Below, piece after piece: positions 1-8,361 of a stretch of DNA of 64,000 bases (the first letter of the stretch is position 1; each line of letters begins with the position of its first letter). A model generated the notes under the pieces. It made no database searches and was not told where the DNA came from. It worked only from the letters and a program-made list of their open reading frames with translations. Source of the stretch: Shigella phage CWP003. Made by a program: the position numbers and the translations under genes. Where the stretch lies: sequence record OL856099; one strand, given 5' to 3'.

Positions 1-327
1 AGGAATATGACGGTTGCTGTCATTATTTGGTTTAATAATGAGCATAAAAACGATTAGAAAGATGATGGCTGATATACTTAATTCAATCAGCGCGGCCTGA
101 GATATGGATTGATCTTCATGATACTGCTTTTGCATTTCTGCTTTCTTCTGAGCGCAAACTTCAGGCGATATATAATCGCCTTTTGAGTTGCCATAATAAA
201 TCTCGCCATTCTCAGAAATAAGTCTGCCGCAAATATCCGTTTCAGCCTTTGCGCTTGACATCATAATAACGGTGCCGATGATAGCCGCAATGGTCCAGAT
301 TAGCAGTTGCGATAAAGTGTTGTTCAT
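1..327 (-). CDS. Partial CDS (N-terminus in window, 3' end beyond window start); small membrane or secreted protein
   Basis: ATG at complement 327..325 preceded by AAAGAGG; open for 109 codons to the window edge by manual translation; hydrophobic N-terminal segment (LLIWTIAAIIGTVIMM) and a second hydrophobic stretch (AIIFLIVFMLII). Not in the ORF track because it has no stop in the window. Confidence 0.4.
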   Translation of the reverse strand, partial: MNNTLSQLLIWTIAAIIGTVIMMSSAKAETDICGRLISENGEIYYGNSKGDYISPEVCAQKKAEMQKQYHEDQSISQAALIELSISAIIFLIVFMLIIKPNNDSNRHIP

Positions 328-523
328 GATAACCTCTTTAAATTCCCTTCCCGATGTGGGAAGGGTGAATATTATTTTACGCGAAAGAATAAGCGCGTGC
401 CACACAGCGAGTCCCAACGGCCTTCACCATCCCATACCGACCCAATGCCAGCGGTGATTACACCAGCAGAATTGGCGGCATTGGCCCAGGCAAGTCGTTT
501 AAGCTTCCAACTGCACCAACGAT

Positions 524-787
524 TCACAGTTCGCCTCCAGACTTCAAAATTAATCCCGCATATATTATTGCCAGAGCTAAAGGCGCACCGTCGCCAGCCT
601 CTCTATTCTCTTTGATTTGAAGAGTATCTTTTAGGAATTGAAGTTGAACGTTAAACTCATTTTCGATTCCAAGCACAACAGCAAGTTCTTTTACAGAATC
701 TGCATATGCCTTGTCTAGCACTTCTTTTGGTAATGTTAAAGTCAATTCATTCGCCATTTTCTTTCCACTCCACAAATGTACTGCCAC
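524..787 (-). CDS. Hypothetical protein
   Basis: Track ORF; true start may be the internal Met (MANELT...). No recognised motif. Confidence 0.3.
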   Translation of the reverse strand: MAVHLWSGKKMANELTLTLPKEVLDKAYADSVKELAVVLGIENEFNVQLQFLKDTLQIKENREAGDGAPLALAIIYAGLILKSGGEL

Positions 788-968
788 TTGTTTCTCTATT
801 TAGCAGGTATCTGCCGCGCATTCCACGAAGGCTGAACTCAACCGTCGATGGATTAGATTTTGAAAGCCACATCACTTGACCGTCGAACGGTCCGCCAACG
901 CATGTGTATTTGGCCTTTGGCTCACTCCTTTTGGGCCGCTTTGCCCGCTCTTTGATTGATAGTCTCAT
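747..968 (-). CDS. Hypothetical protein
   Basis: Track ORF in a leftward tandem with neighbours. Confidence 0.3.
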   Translation of the reverse strand: MRLSIKERAKRPKRSEPKAKYTCVGGPFDGQVMWLSKSNPSTVEFSLRGMRGRYLLNRETSGSTFVEWKENGE

Positions 969-1183
969 CAGTCTTCACCTTGAGATTCAAGACAAGTAAG
1001 AACAAGCCACGTCATCGGAAGAATCAAAACCAGAGAAATAAGTGACCAAATGGACCAACACAAGATGACAGACTTGAATGTGTGAACGTCGCCAAACGCA
1101 GCAGTGAAACAAAATCCCATTACGAAAGCAATCGCTGTGGAGTGATTATCAATGGCTTTGATGGCGCGGTCGATGAGTTTCAT
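968..1183 (-). CDS. Small membrane protein (two predicted TM helices)
   Basis: Track ORF; hydrophobic stretches AIAFVMGFCFTAAF and LISLVLILPMTWLVL. Confidence 0.4.
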   Translation of the reverse strand: MKLIDRAIKAIDNHSTAIAFVMGFCFTAAFGDVHTFKSVILCWSIWSLISLVLILPMTWLVLTCLESQGED

Positions 1184-1331
1184 ATTACCTCCGGTTTTGA
1201 GTTAATATGATTATAATGCAGAATTTCAGAAAGGCAAACTTTTTGTGAATTTAAATTAAAAAAATGGCCAGAAATAATCTGGCCAAAAAGATCACCCTTT
1301 ATCCACTACTAAGCTGGAATCATAATTTTAC

Positions 1332-1361
1332 TTGATATAGCTGTCTCAAGCAAACTATAAT
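1332..1361 (+). promoter_or_regulatory. Sigma70-like promoter (TTGATA, 18 nt spacer, TATAAT) abutting the annotated terL ATG
   Basis: Read directly from sequence; the -10 ends 1 nt before ATG 1362. Confidence 0.3.
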
Positions 1362-2822
1362 ATGAATAAAATATTAACACATAATTGGAAAGTCATGTAC
1401 CAGTTGAATCCTGCTTTAAGAGAAGTCTGGAAGACGAAAGCGCGATACAAAGTCATATACGGCGGTCGTGCATCTTCCAAATCGCACGATGCCGCTGGTT
1501 TTGCTATTTATTTAGCGGCAAACTTCAAATTAAAATTCCTTTGCGTTCGACAATTCCAGAACAAGATTTCTGAATCAGTATATACGCTATTAAAAGATAA
1601 AATAGAGATTTCTGATTTTAAAGACGAGTTCAACTTATTAAAGAACTCTATCGAACACAAAAGAACAAAATCTGAATTTTTATTTTACGGTATCGCACGC
1701 AACGTTGACGAAATCAAATCAACAGAAGGTGTTGATGTTCTTTGGCTTGAAGAAGCGCATGCACTGACTGAAGAGCAATGGGACATTATTGAGCCGACAA
1801 TTCGTAAGGAAGGGTCCGAAATATGGATCATATTTAACCCTGATGAAGAGGCTGATTTCGTCTACCAGAACTTTGTCATGCGACCGCCGAAAAATGCCAT
1901 CGTTAAGAAGATTAACTGGCAGGACAATCCATTCTTGTCGCAAACAATGCTGGATGTTATCGCTGGCATGTATGAGCGCGACCCGAAAAAGGCAGAACAC
2001 GTTTATGGCGGAGTGCCGAAGACAGGCGGCGATAAGTCGGTCATCAACCGTGCATTCGTCAAAGCCGCGCTAAACCTCCACAAACACCCTACGCTGGGAT
2101 GGAGCTTGTCAGGGTCTAACCGTATAGGCTTCGACGTGGCGGACGACGGCGACGACTTAAACGCCACAGCATTTGTCACAGGCAACGTATTACGTGGCAT
2201 CAAGACATGGGAAGGTCTGGAAGATGAATTGCTTAAGTCCGCAAGCGGAGTCTGGAAAGACGCATTGACATTCGGCGCATCAATCACCTATGACGCCATC
2301 GGTGTTGGTGCATTTGCTGGTTCAAAATTTGATGAGCTTAATGAGTATGCAATCCATGAAAATCCAACATTCCCAAGAATCGAATTTAATGCGTTCAACG
2401 CGCAAGGTGCTGTTGATGATCCTGATGACGTTTTCCTTGAGTTACCACACGTTGAAATACTCAATAAAGACCATTTCGCAAACATAAAAGCGCAAAAATG
2501 GACTGAGATTGCCGAACGATTCAGAAAGACATATGAGTATGCGACAGGGCAGGCCGTATATCCGACTGATGAGTTGATTTCCATTGACACAGACGGCATC
2601 CCAGAACTTGGGATTCCTGCTTGGACTGCGGAAGAGATTGAGACGTTTCTTTTTGAGATGTCAGCGCCGCGCAAAGATACGTCTGTTCTTGGTAAGTTCA
2701 AAGTTGAATCGAAAAAAGATATGGCAAAGCGTGGAGTCAAATCGCCTAACAAAGCGGACGCAGCAATTATGGCATTGATGAAACCAATTGTTGCAGCATC
2801 CGGCTTCTTCTCTAACCTTTAA
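1362..2822 (+). CDS. terL: Terminase large subunit
   Basis: 486 aa; Walker A-like GGRASSKSHDA near the N-terminus, acidic ATPase-coupling region and C-terminal nuclease-like region typical of TerL; sits at the head of the structural module. Start may instead be Met12 (1395). Confidence 0.85.
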   Translation: MNKILTHNWKVMYQLNPALREVWKTKARYKVIYGGRASSKSHDAAGFAIYLAANFKLKFLCVRQFQNKISESVYTLLKDKIEISDFKDEFNLLKNSIEHKRTKSEFLFYGIARNVDEIKSTEGVDVLWLEEAHALTEEQWDIIEPTIRKEGSEIWIIFNPDEEADFVYQNFVMRPPKNAIVKKINWQDNPFLSQTMLDVIAGMYERDPKKAEHVYGGVPKTGGDKSVINRAFVKAALNLHKHPTLGWSLSGSNRIGFDVADDGDDLNATAFVTGNVLRGIKTWEGLEDELLKSASGVWKDALTFGASITYDAIGVGAFAGSKFDELNEYAIHENPTFPRIEFNAFNAQGAVDDPDDVFLELPHVEILNKDHFANIKAQKWTEIAERFRKTYEYATGQAVYPTDELISIDTDGIPELGIPAWTAEEIETFLFEMSAPRKDTSVLGKFKVESKKDMAKRGVKSPNKADAAIMALMKPIVAASGFFSNL

Positions 2823-2825
2823 CAA

Positions 2826-3065
2826 TTAAAGCATTCCGTGCTGAAGGTCGAGCTTTCTTGCGGCAAACGACCTGGCACGGAATCGCTTACCCGCCCTTAC
2901 TGCCTGTCGAATTTTCTTTTGCAAACACTTACGGTCAAAATCGTTGCGGTCGACGGCTTCGAGTAAATCGCGACGCAGTGCACCCAGTGTCGACTTTTCG
3001 GAGACTTCAACGCCCAGCGCGGCTGCAACATCTTTCAAAACATCGAGTTCGGTTAAAGTTCTCAT
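2826..3065 (-). CDS. Small basic protein with SAP/Rho-N-like helix motif
   Basis: 79 aa; LTELDVLKDVAAALGVEVSEKSTLGALRRDLL resembles SAP/Rho_N; lysine/arginine-rich C-terminus; overlaps the upstream gene by 4 nt. Confidence 0.45.
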   Translation of the reverse strand: MRTLTELDVLKDVAAALGVEVSEKSTLGALRRDLLEAVDRNDFDRKCLQKKIRQAVRAGKRFRARSFAARKLDLQHGML

Positions 3066-3478
3066 TTGATAATCCCCTTGATGTCCGATTCTGCCATAAA
3101 GATTGGAGTGCTGCCGCCAGGAACAATCGAGCGCGTGACCTTGTCAAACATATCGTTTTCTTCAACTTGAATACGATAAAATTTATTTTTGGATGAAGAT
3201 GGGCACAATCCCATAAATTTGCCGATGCCGCGAACGCATTCATCTTCAAAGTATACTGTTTCACCTTGAATGGAGTCGATGTCGTCTACTGGATAGACCT
3301 TGCGACCCAATAGCCACTCATCCAAAGTCGCCTGCAAGACGTTGCGCGCATCTAAAATCCACGGGTCAATAGTAGCACCTTCATATCGCGCAGCAGTGGC
3401 CTTTGCCAGTTCTTCATATTCGCATACGTTAACGACTTCGCCGTTGTGCAAGACGACAAATACAATTGTTGTGCTCAT
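3062..3478 (-). CDS. Hypothetical protein, first gene of a convergent two-gene cassette
   Basis: 138 aa track ORF on the opposite strand to flanking terL and portal; no recognised motif. Confidence 0.45.
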   Translation of the reverse strand: MSTTIVFVVLHNGEVVNVCEYEELAKATAARYEGATIDPWILDARNVLQATLDEWLLGRKVYPVDDIDSIQGETVYFEDECVRGIGKFMGLCPSSSKNKFYRIQVEENDMFDKVTRSIVPGGSTPIFMAESDIKGIIK

Positions 3479-3573
3479 TTCAATCTCCTTTCGTTTGGTT
3501 AACTAAAATATAACTCAAAATGATACAAAAGCAAAATATTTTATGAACTATTTATGATCACCATACATATCAT

Positions 3574-3602
3574 TTGCTTACAAACACATGAATATTTATA
3601 AT
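3574..3602 (+). promoter_or_regulatory. Sigma70-like promoter upstream of portal (TTGCTT, 17 nt spacer, TATAAT)
   Basis: Read from sequence in the divergent intergenic region 3479-3640. Confidence 0.4.
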
Positions 3603-3607
3603 ATAGA

Positions 3608-6016
3608 TTGATTCCCTTTCACTGTCAGGTGGCGTTAACAATGAAAATTCTTGGCATAAAACTCTGGGAGAAGACGCAACCAGAAGCCGAACCAGCGGAG
3701 ATGCCGCCAGGCGACCCATTGGCACCGTTTGAACGCCTTGAAAGGCGCGGCAGCGGTCAACGCTGGGAAAAGACTGAAAGCAATCGACCGACCTTTAAAA
3801 CGGTTGATGACTTCCCTTTATATGAGCCTGATATTAATGGCGATGGTGTTGCAATCATAAAAGGTCGTTCAGTCGATTCCGCAACAGTATCCAAAAAGGT
3901 TATGGATAATGCCTTAAAGAACATCAGTTCAGAAGGGCAAGTAAACCCATACACAGTACCTATTCAACTTCAAAACTGGTATTTGTCACAGTCATTCATC
4001 GGCTATCAAGCTTGTGCCATCATCGCACAGCATTGGCTGGTGAACAAGGCGTGTTCCATGGTAGGCCGCGATGCGGTCCGTAAAGGTTGGGAAGTAAAAT
4101 CCAGTTCTGAGTCAGAATTGTCAGTACAGGCAAGCGAACGCCTAAAGCAAATTGATAAAGAATTTAATATCAAAGAGCACTTAGTTGAAGCCGAACGATT
4201 CAAAAATATTTTTGGTATCCGCGTCATCATATTTGATGTGCGTAGCGATGACCCAGAATATTACAGCAAGCCTTTTAACATTGATGGCGTGACAAAGGGG
4301 TCTTATAAGGGAATCATTCAGGTTGACCCTTATTGGATGATGCCGTTTCTGACGTCTGAAAACACAGCAGACCCTGCATCACAGCACTTCTATGACCCAG
4401 AATATTGGGTAATCAGCGGACAACGTTATCATCGCAGCCACCTCATAATCTTGCGCAACGATGAGCCAGCTGATATTCTCAAGCCGACTTATATTTACGG
4501 CGGCATTCCTCTGACTCAGCAGATTTATGAACGCATCTATGCCGCTGAACGTACCGCCAACGAAGCGCCATTGCTGGCGATGTCCAAGCGTACAACGACG
4601 CTGCGGACCGACGTTGACAAGGCTATTGCCAATGAGCGGTCTTTTGCAGAACGTCTGATGATGTGGATCAAGTACCGCGACAACTATGCAGTCAAAGTGC
4701 TTGGCCAAAAAGAAGAGATGGACCAGTTTGACATCAACTTGTCAGACTTCGACAGCATCATCATGAACCAGTACCAGCTTGTGGCCGCAATCGCAAAAGT
4801 TCCGTCGACCAAACTGCTTGGGACTTCGCCAAAAGGCTTTAACGCCACTGGTGAATTCGAGATGGTCAGCTATCACGAAGAGTTGGAAACGTGCCAGCAG
4901 CATGACCTGACAAAAATTCTCGACCGCCATTACAAAATCCTTCTCAAATCAGAAGGGGTGAATGTCGATGTTAAGGTTGCATGGGAACCAGTTGGCTCAC
5001 TTACTGCTACTCAACTTGCAGAAATCAATGATAAGCGAGCCAACACTGGCAAAACTCTTATTGATGCTGGCGTCATTTCTCCTGATGAAGAGCGCGACCG
5101 CATCAAAGACGACAAAAACAGCGGCTACAACCGTCTGCCGGAAGACGCAGCAGAAGAAACCCCAGGGATGTCTCCAGAGAATATGGCATTGCTTGGCAAG
5201 TCTGCTGGTGAAGTCCTGCAAGGTAAGGCCGATATTGAACAGGCGAAAGCTGATGTCGTTAAGATGGGCGGCCAGTTCTATAGCGAAACAGGTATTATGC
5301 CAGAGGGTGCCGCGCGTGGTGAGTTGGCGGAAAACCCTGACAAAGCGCCTGTCGAAATCAACATGGACGATACCGATGATGAATCAAGCCATCAGGTTGA
5401 TGTCCTAACGCAGTTGAAAGAAGGGCTGGAGGGTATTGCGGATTACTACCTGAAAGAAGGTCAGGATGTGGATTTTGACCCTCAAAAAGATTCACGGTCG
5501 GTGCAACCGTCTACCCTTCCAAGCGTTAAAGGACACGTCGTCAACTTACGCCACAACGTGGGTAAAATGGACGCAGCATCATTACCTAAGATGAAGTTGC
5601 ACGGAATGATTCTTGGCATTGAGAATCCGCGAAACAGCATTCGTAGAGGAAACAGCCTTGACGGTGAATGGGCCGTGAAGATGCCGCACCACTACGGATT
5701 CATCAAGGGCACCAAGGGCGCAGACGGTGATGAAGTCGACTGTTTTGTGGGTCCAAATCTTAAGTCGCCGAAAGTCTTTATCGTGAACCAAAACGATAAC
5801 TACTCTGGCGAGTTTGATGAACACAAGTGTATGCTTGGATTCGATTCAGCAGAAGAAGCGAAAGAAGCTTATCAAGCATCATTTGGTAACGGTTGGAACG
5901 GATTCGACTCAATCCACGAATTAGATGTGAACTCATTCAAGGAGTGGTTGAAGGGTGATTGCTCTCAAGCATACGGAGCACTCAATAATCCTACTAATTC
6001 ACCGAAGCAAGGTTGA
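3608..6016 (+). CDS. Portal protein
   Basis: About 790-800 aa; position directly after terL and before a Mu F-like gene. Track start is TTG; a likelier start is ATG 3641 (MKILG) with AGGTGG upstream. Confidence 0.7.
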   Translation: MIPFHCQVALTMKILGIKLWEKTQPEAEPAEMPPGDPLAPFERLERRGSGQRWEKTESNRPTFKTVDDFPLYEPDINGDGVAIIKGRSVDSATVSKKVMDNALKNISSEGQVNPYTVPIQLQNWYLSQSFIGYQACAIIAQHWLVNKACSMVGRDAVRKGWEVKSSSESELSVQASERLKQIDKEFNIKEHLVEAERFKNIFGIRVIIFDVRSDDPEYYSKPFNIDGVTKGSYKGIIQVDPYWMMPFLTSENTADPASQHFYDPEYWVISGQRYHRSHLIILRNDEPADILKPTYIYGGIPLTQQIYERIYAAERTANEAPLLAMSKRTTTLRTDVDKAIANERSFAERLMMWIKYRDNYAVKVLGQKEEMDQFDINLSDFDSIIMNQYQLVAAIAKVPSTKLLGTSPKGFNATGEFEMVSYHEELETCQQHDLTKILDRHYKILLKSEGVNVDVKVAWEPVGSLTATQLAEINDKRANTGKTLIDAGVISPDEERDRIKDDKNSGYNRLPEDAAEETPGMSPENMALLGKSAGEVLQGKADIEQAKADVVKMGGQFYSETGIMPEGAARGELAENPDKAPVEINMDDTDDESSHQVDVLTQLKEGLEGIADYYLKEGQDVDFDPQKDSRSVQPSTLPSVKGHVVNLRHNVGKMDAASLPKMKLHGMILGIENPRNSIRRGNSLDGEWAVKMPHHYGFIKGTKGADGDEVDCFVGPNLKSPKVFIVNQNDNYSGEFDEHKCMLGFDSAEEAKEAYQASFGNGWNGFDSIHELDVNSFKEWLKGDCSQAYGALNNPTNSPKQG

Positions 6017-6017
6017 T

Positions 6018-6869
6018 ATGGCTTTTAAAGCTTCGAAAAAACGTGAACGCCGCGCACCCGATAGAGTCGGGCGCGGCAGTCCGATAATCCCATCAAACGC
6101 TATTGCGATGGCCTACCGTCGTGAGATGAAAGGTCTTTGCTATGCGATGATTGATGACTATCAGGCAGGAATTTCAGAGTGGCTTGAAAAGAAGCAGGTG
6201 CAGAAGTTCTTTGCGCAAGACTCTGCTGATTCAACATTCCAAACTCTTATGAAACGTCTGCAGCTGAAATGGGCAAAGGCGTTTGCTCGTGTTGGGTCGA
6301 AGATTGCCGCTGATTTTATCAAGTCGGTTGAAAAGGGGGCTACTTCTGCTACATTCGCCAGCCTTAAGTCCGCAGGCATAGAAGCGCCAAAGGCCACATA
6401 TAACAAATTCGTTGAGAACACTCTTAGAACAAGCGAGACGTTTAACACGACTCTAGTGACTAAGGTCGGCGAGGATATTCACAACAGAGTGTACGAAGCA
6501 GTCATGCTTTCGCTGACTTCGCCCGACCCAGCCCAGCAAGGCACGTCAGGCATTCAGGCGGCGCTGCGAAACGTAAAACACTTCTCTGCAAAGAGAGTCG
6601 ACTTAATCGCTAAAGACCAGACAAGCAAATTGTATTGCGTTCTAAGCGATGAAAGGATGCGCCAGAATGGAGTTGAAGAATTTGAATGGGCGCACTCAGG
6701 AGCAGGAAAGGAGCCGCGAATCTCTCATGAACATGTCGACGGAATGAGATTCAAACTTGATGACAAGCGTCTATGGGAAGTGGGCGGAGAGTTGAAGTTC
6801 AAAAAGGGTGACATCGGTCCTCCTGGATGGGCGATACACTGCAAGTGCAGAAAAATACCAATCATTTGA
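6018..6869 (+). CDS. Head morphogenesis protein (Mu gpF / SPP1 gp7 family)
   Basis: Start taken at ATG 6018 just after the portal stop; C-terminal region (...GPPGWAIHCKCRKIPII) resembles the conserved F-like C-terminus; portal-adjacent position. Confidence 0.7.
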   Translation: MAFKASKKRERRAPDRVGRGSPIIPSNAIAMAYRREMKGLCYAMIDDYQAGISEWLEKKQVQKFFAQDSADSTFQTLMKRLQLKWAKAFARVGSKIAADFIKSVEKGATSATFASLKSAGIEAPKATYNKFVENTLRTSETFNTTLVTKVGEDIHNRVYEAVMLSLTSPDPAQQGTSGIQAALRNVKHFSAKRVDLIAKDQTSKLYCVLSDERMRQNGVEEFEWAHSGAGKEPRISHEHVDGMRFKLDDKRLWEVGGELKFKKGDIGPPGWAIHCKCRKIPII

Positions 6870-6876
6870 GGTCATT

Positions 6877-7797
6877 ATGACGATACCAATCAGCACGTTT
6901 CCTCTATCTGGACAAACGCCAGTATTGCCTGCTGTATATGCTAACGGTTTGGCGATTGTTTCGGAATTCACATCCGATAAAAACCTGATTGTTCCATTGA
7001 GTCCGCCATTGGCGTCTGGATACAATTCAGTTGGCCAGTTCTTTATGATCGGTAATGATGGCGATTCTACCAGCAAGCCGAATCTGACACTTTCAGTTCC
7101 CAAAATGAACATAACAGACGTGCAGACTGGTTTAACTGCATCTACGATCACCATCGCTTTTGGAGAAGCAGTGATTATAGGCATGGAGTCTGGAGGGTCC
7201 AAGAATGCTGTCGCCGTTAAGGTAGTCAAATCCAGCAGCAACCAATACACACTACCAGCGGCAACGGCTTCTGTTCTTGGCGGCGTCAAAATAGGAAGTG
7301 GCATAAGCGTTGCAGGTGACGGTACAATTAGTGTGACTCAATACTCATTACCGATTGCATCAGCATCAACCTTGGGTGGCATAAAGGTAGGAACGACACT
7401 ATCAATTGATGGTTCTGGCGTCCTTAATGCTGCTGCAAGCACTGTGCAGAACGCAAGCAACAGCGTAAGCAATCCTCCGACAACTCTGGTGAATCTGGCA
7501 ACCTTAAACCTGCCTGCAGGGAAATGGCTTGTGACAGCAAGTCAGTTGACTGTCGCGACAGCAGGAGTTCAAGCGAATACCGGAATTACAGTCAAGCTGT
7601 CAACAAGTAATTCAGATATTACGGATGATGCATTTACAATGTCAGCTGGCATTCGGGCTGCAGGTCGTTTCGGCGGCAATATCCCAACAAAGATAATTAC
7701 TCTTGCCGCGCCTGGCAACGTGTATCTAAACTATCAATGCACAGACGCATTGACATCTACCGTTTACGGACAGATCACCGCAATTAAGTTGAACTAA
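6877..7797 (+). CDS. Structural protein of unknown role
   Basis: Start ATG 6877 (MTIPIST) in frame with track ORF 6808..7797; Ser/Thr/Gly/Val-rich. Confidence 0.45.
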   Translation: MTIPISTFPLSGQTPVLPAVYANGLAIVSEFTSDKNLIVPLSPPLASGYNSVGQFFMIGNDGDSTSKPNLTLSVPKMNITDVQTGLTASTITIAFGEAVIIGMESGGSKNAVAVKVVKSSSNQYTLPAATASVLGGVKIGSGISVAGDGTISVTQYSLPIASASTLGGIKVGTTLSIDGSGVLNAAASTVQNASNSVSNPPTTLVNLATLNLPAGKWLVTASQLTVATAGVQANTGITVKLSTSNSDITDDAFTMSAGIRAAGRFGGNIPTKIITLAAPGNVYLNYQCTDALTSTVYGQITAIKLN

Positions 7798-7807
7798 AGA
7801 GGAAGTT

Positions 7808-7945
7808 ATGCAAAAGATTATTCAGTCACGTTACGTTAAAGTGCGAAATATTAATTGCAACTCTTTGCTTTCTTGGAAATGGGCTGTTTACGACTCGATG
7901 CTGATTGGCGTTTTAGTTGCTGGAGTGCTTTTTAATATTCACTGA
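7808..7945 (+). CDS. Possible small membrane ORF (45 aa)
   Basis: ATG with AGAGGAAG upstream; hydrophobic stretch LIGVLVAGVLF; below the track length cut-off. Confidence 0.2.
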   Translation: MQKIIQSRYVKVRNINCNSLLSWKWAVYDSMLIGVLVAGVLFNIH

Positions 7946-7952
7946 ATCGCCT

Positions 7953-7966
7953 GGCAATGGATTGCC
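7953..7966. other. Perfect palindrome GGCAATGGATTGCC
   Basis: Seen in sequence downstream of the 6877..7797 operon; possible terminator stem or protein-binding site. Confidence 0.35.
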
Positions 7967-7988
7967 GCAGGATTTTACGCGTATAATG

Positions 7989-8256
7989 ACGTATCATCCG
8001 TATCAAGTAAGTAGTTGTTTTCAAAAGAATCTTACGGATGATACGGATGATACGCGTTGCCGCGATACTTTATAGGAATTCAAATAAATTAATTTAAAAT
8101 TATATATCTAATTTAATTTTATTTTTTTATAAACTCTTATATATGAAAAGTATCCGTATCATCCGTATCATCCGTAGCACACCAGTGATAGCGCGGCTTA
8201 TACACTGATACGGATAAAAATACGCCTCATTTTATCCGTATCATCCGTATCACACT
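7989..8256. repeat. Iteron locus 1: tandem and inverted 9-mers ATCCGTATC/GATACGGAT flanking an AT-rich core
   Basis: Seen directly: TATCATCCGTATCA (7991), CTTACGGATGATACGGATGATACG (8031), AT-rich 8080-8150, GTATCCGTATCATCCGTATCATCCGTAGC (8151), TGATACGGATAAAAATACG (8206), TTATCCGTATCATCCGTATCAC (8232). Confidence 0.65.
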
Positions 8257-8309
8257 AATTAAGGCGCGGCTATATCGGTTGTTATACATATTCAAACCAT
8301 AATTATTGT

Positions 8310-8338
8310 TTGCCTAAGTTTTTTTCATTAGATATAAT
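8310..8338 (+). promoter_or_regulatory. Sigma70-like promoter (TTGCCT, 17 nt spacer, TATAAT) for the scaffold/capsid operon
   Basis: Read from sequence about 25 nt upstream of ATG 8362. Confidence 0.45.
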
Positions 8339-8361
8339 ACACAATACTTATTTGAGGGTGG

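Noticed and set aside
272-615. Plus-strand ORFs 272..457 and 397..615
   Set aside because: They overlap the better-supported minus-strand genes (1..327 and 524..787) and lack RBS context.
1385-2752. Multiple nested and antisense ORFs inside terL (for example 1719..2000, 2288..2752)
   Set aside because: They lie wholly within a motif-supported CDS on the opposite strand or frame, with no independent start signals.
7989-8256. Iteron loci as physical genome termini or direct terminal repeats
   Set aside because: Both loci are flanked on both sides by contiguous, co-oriented phage genes, and only 21 bp is identical between them; cannot be excluded without read-terminus data, but the sequence does not support it.
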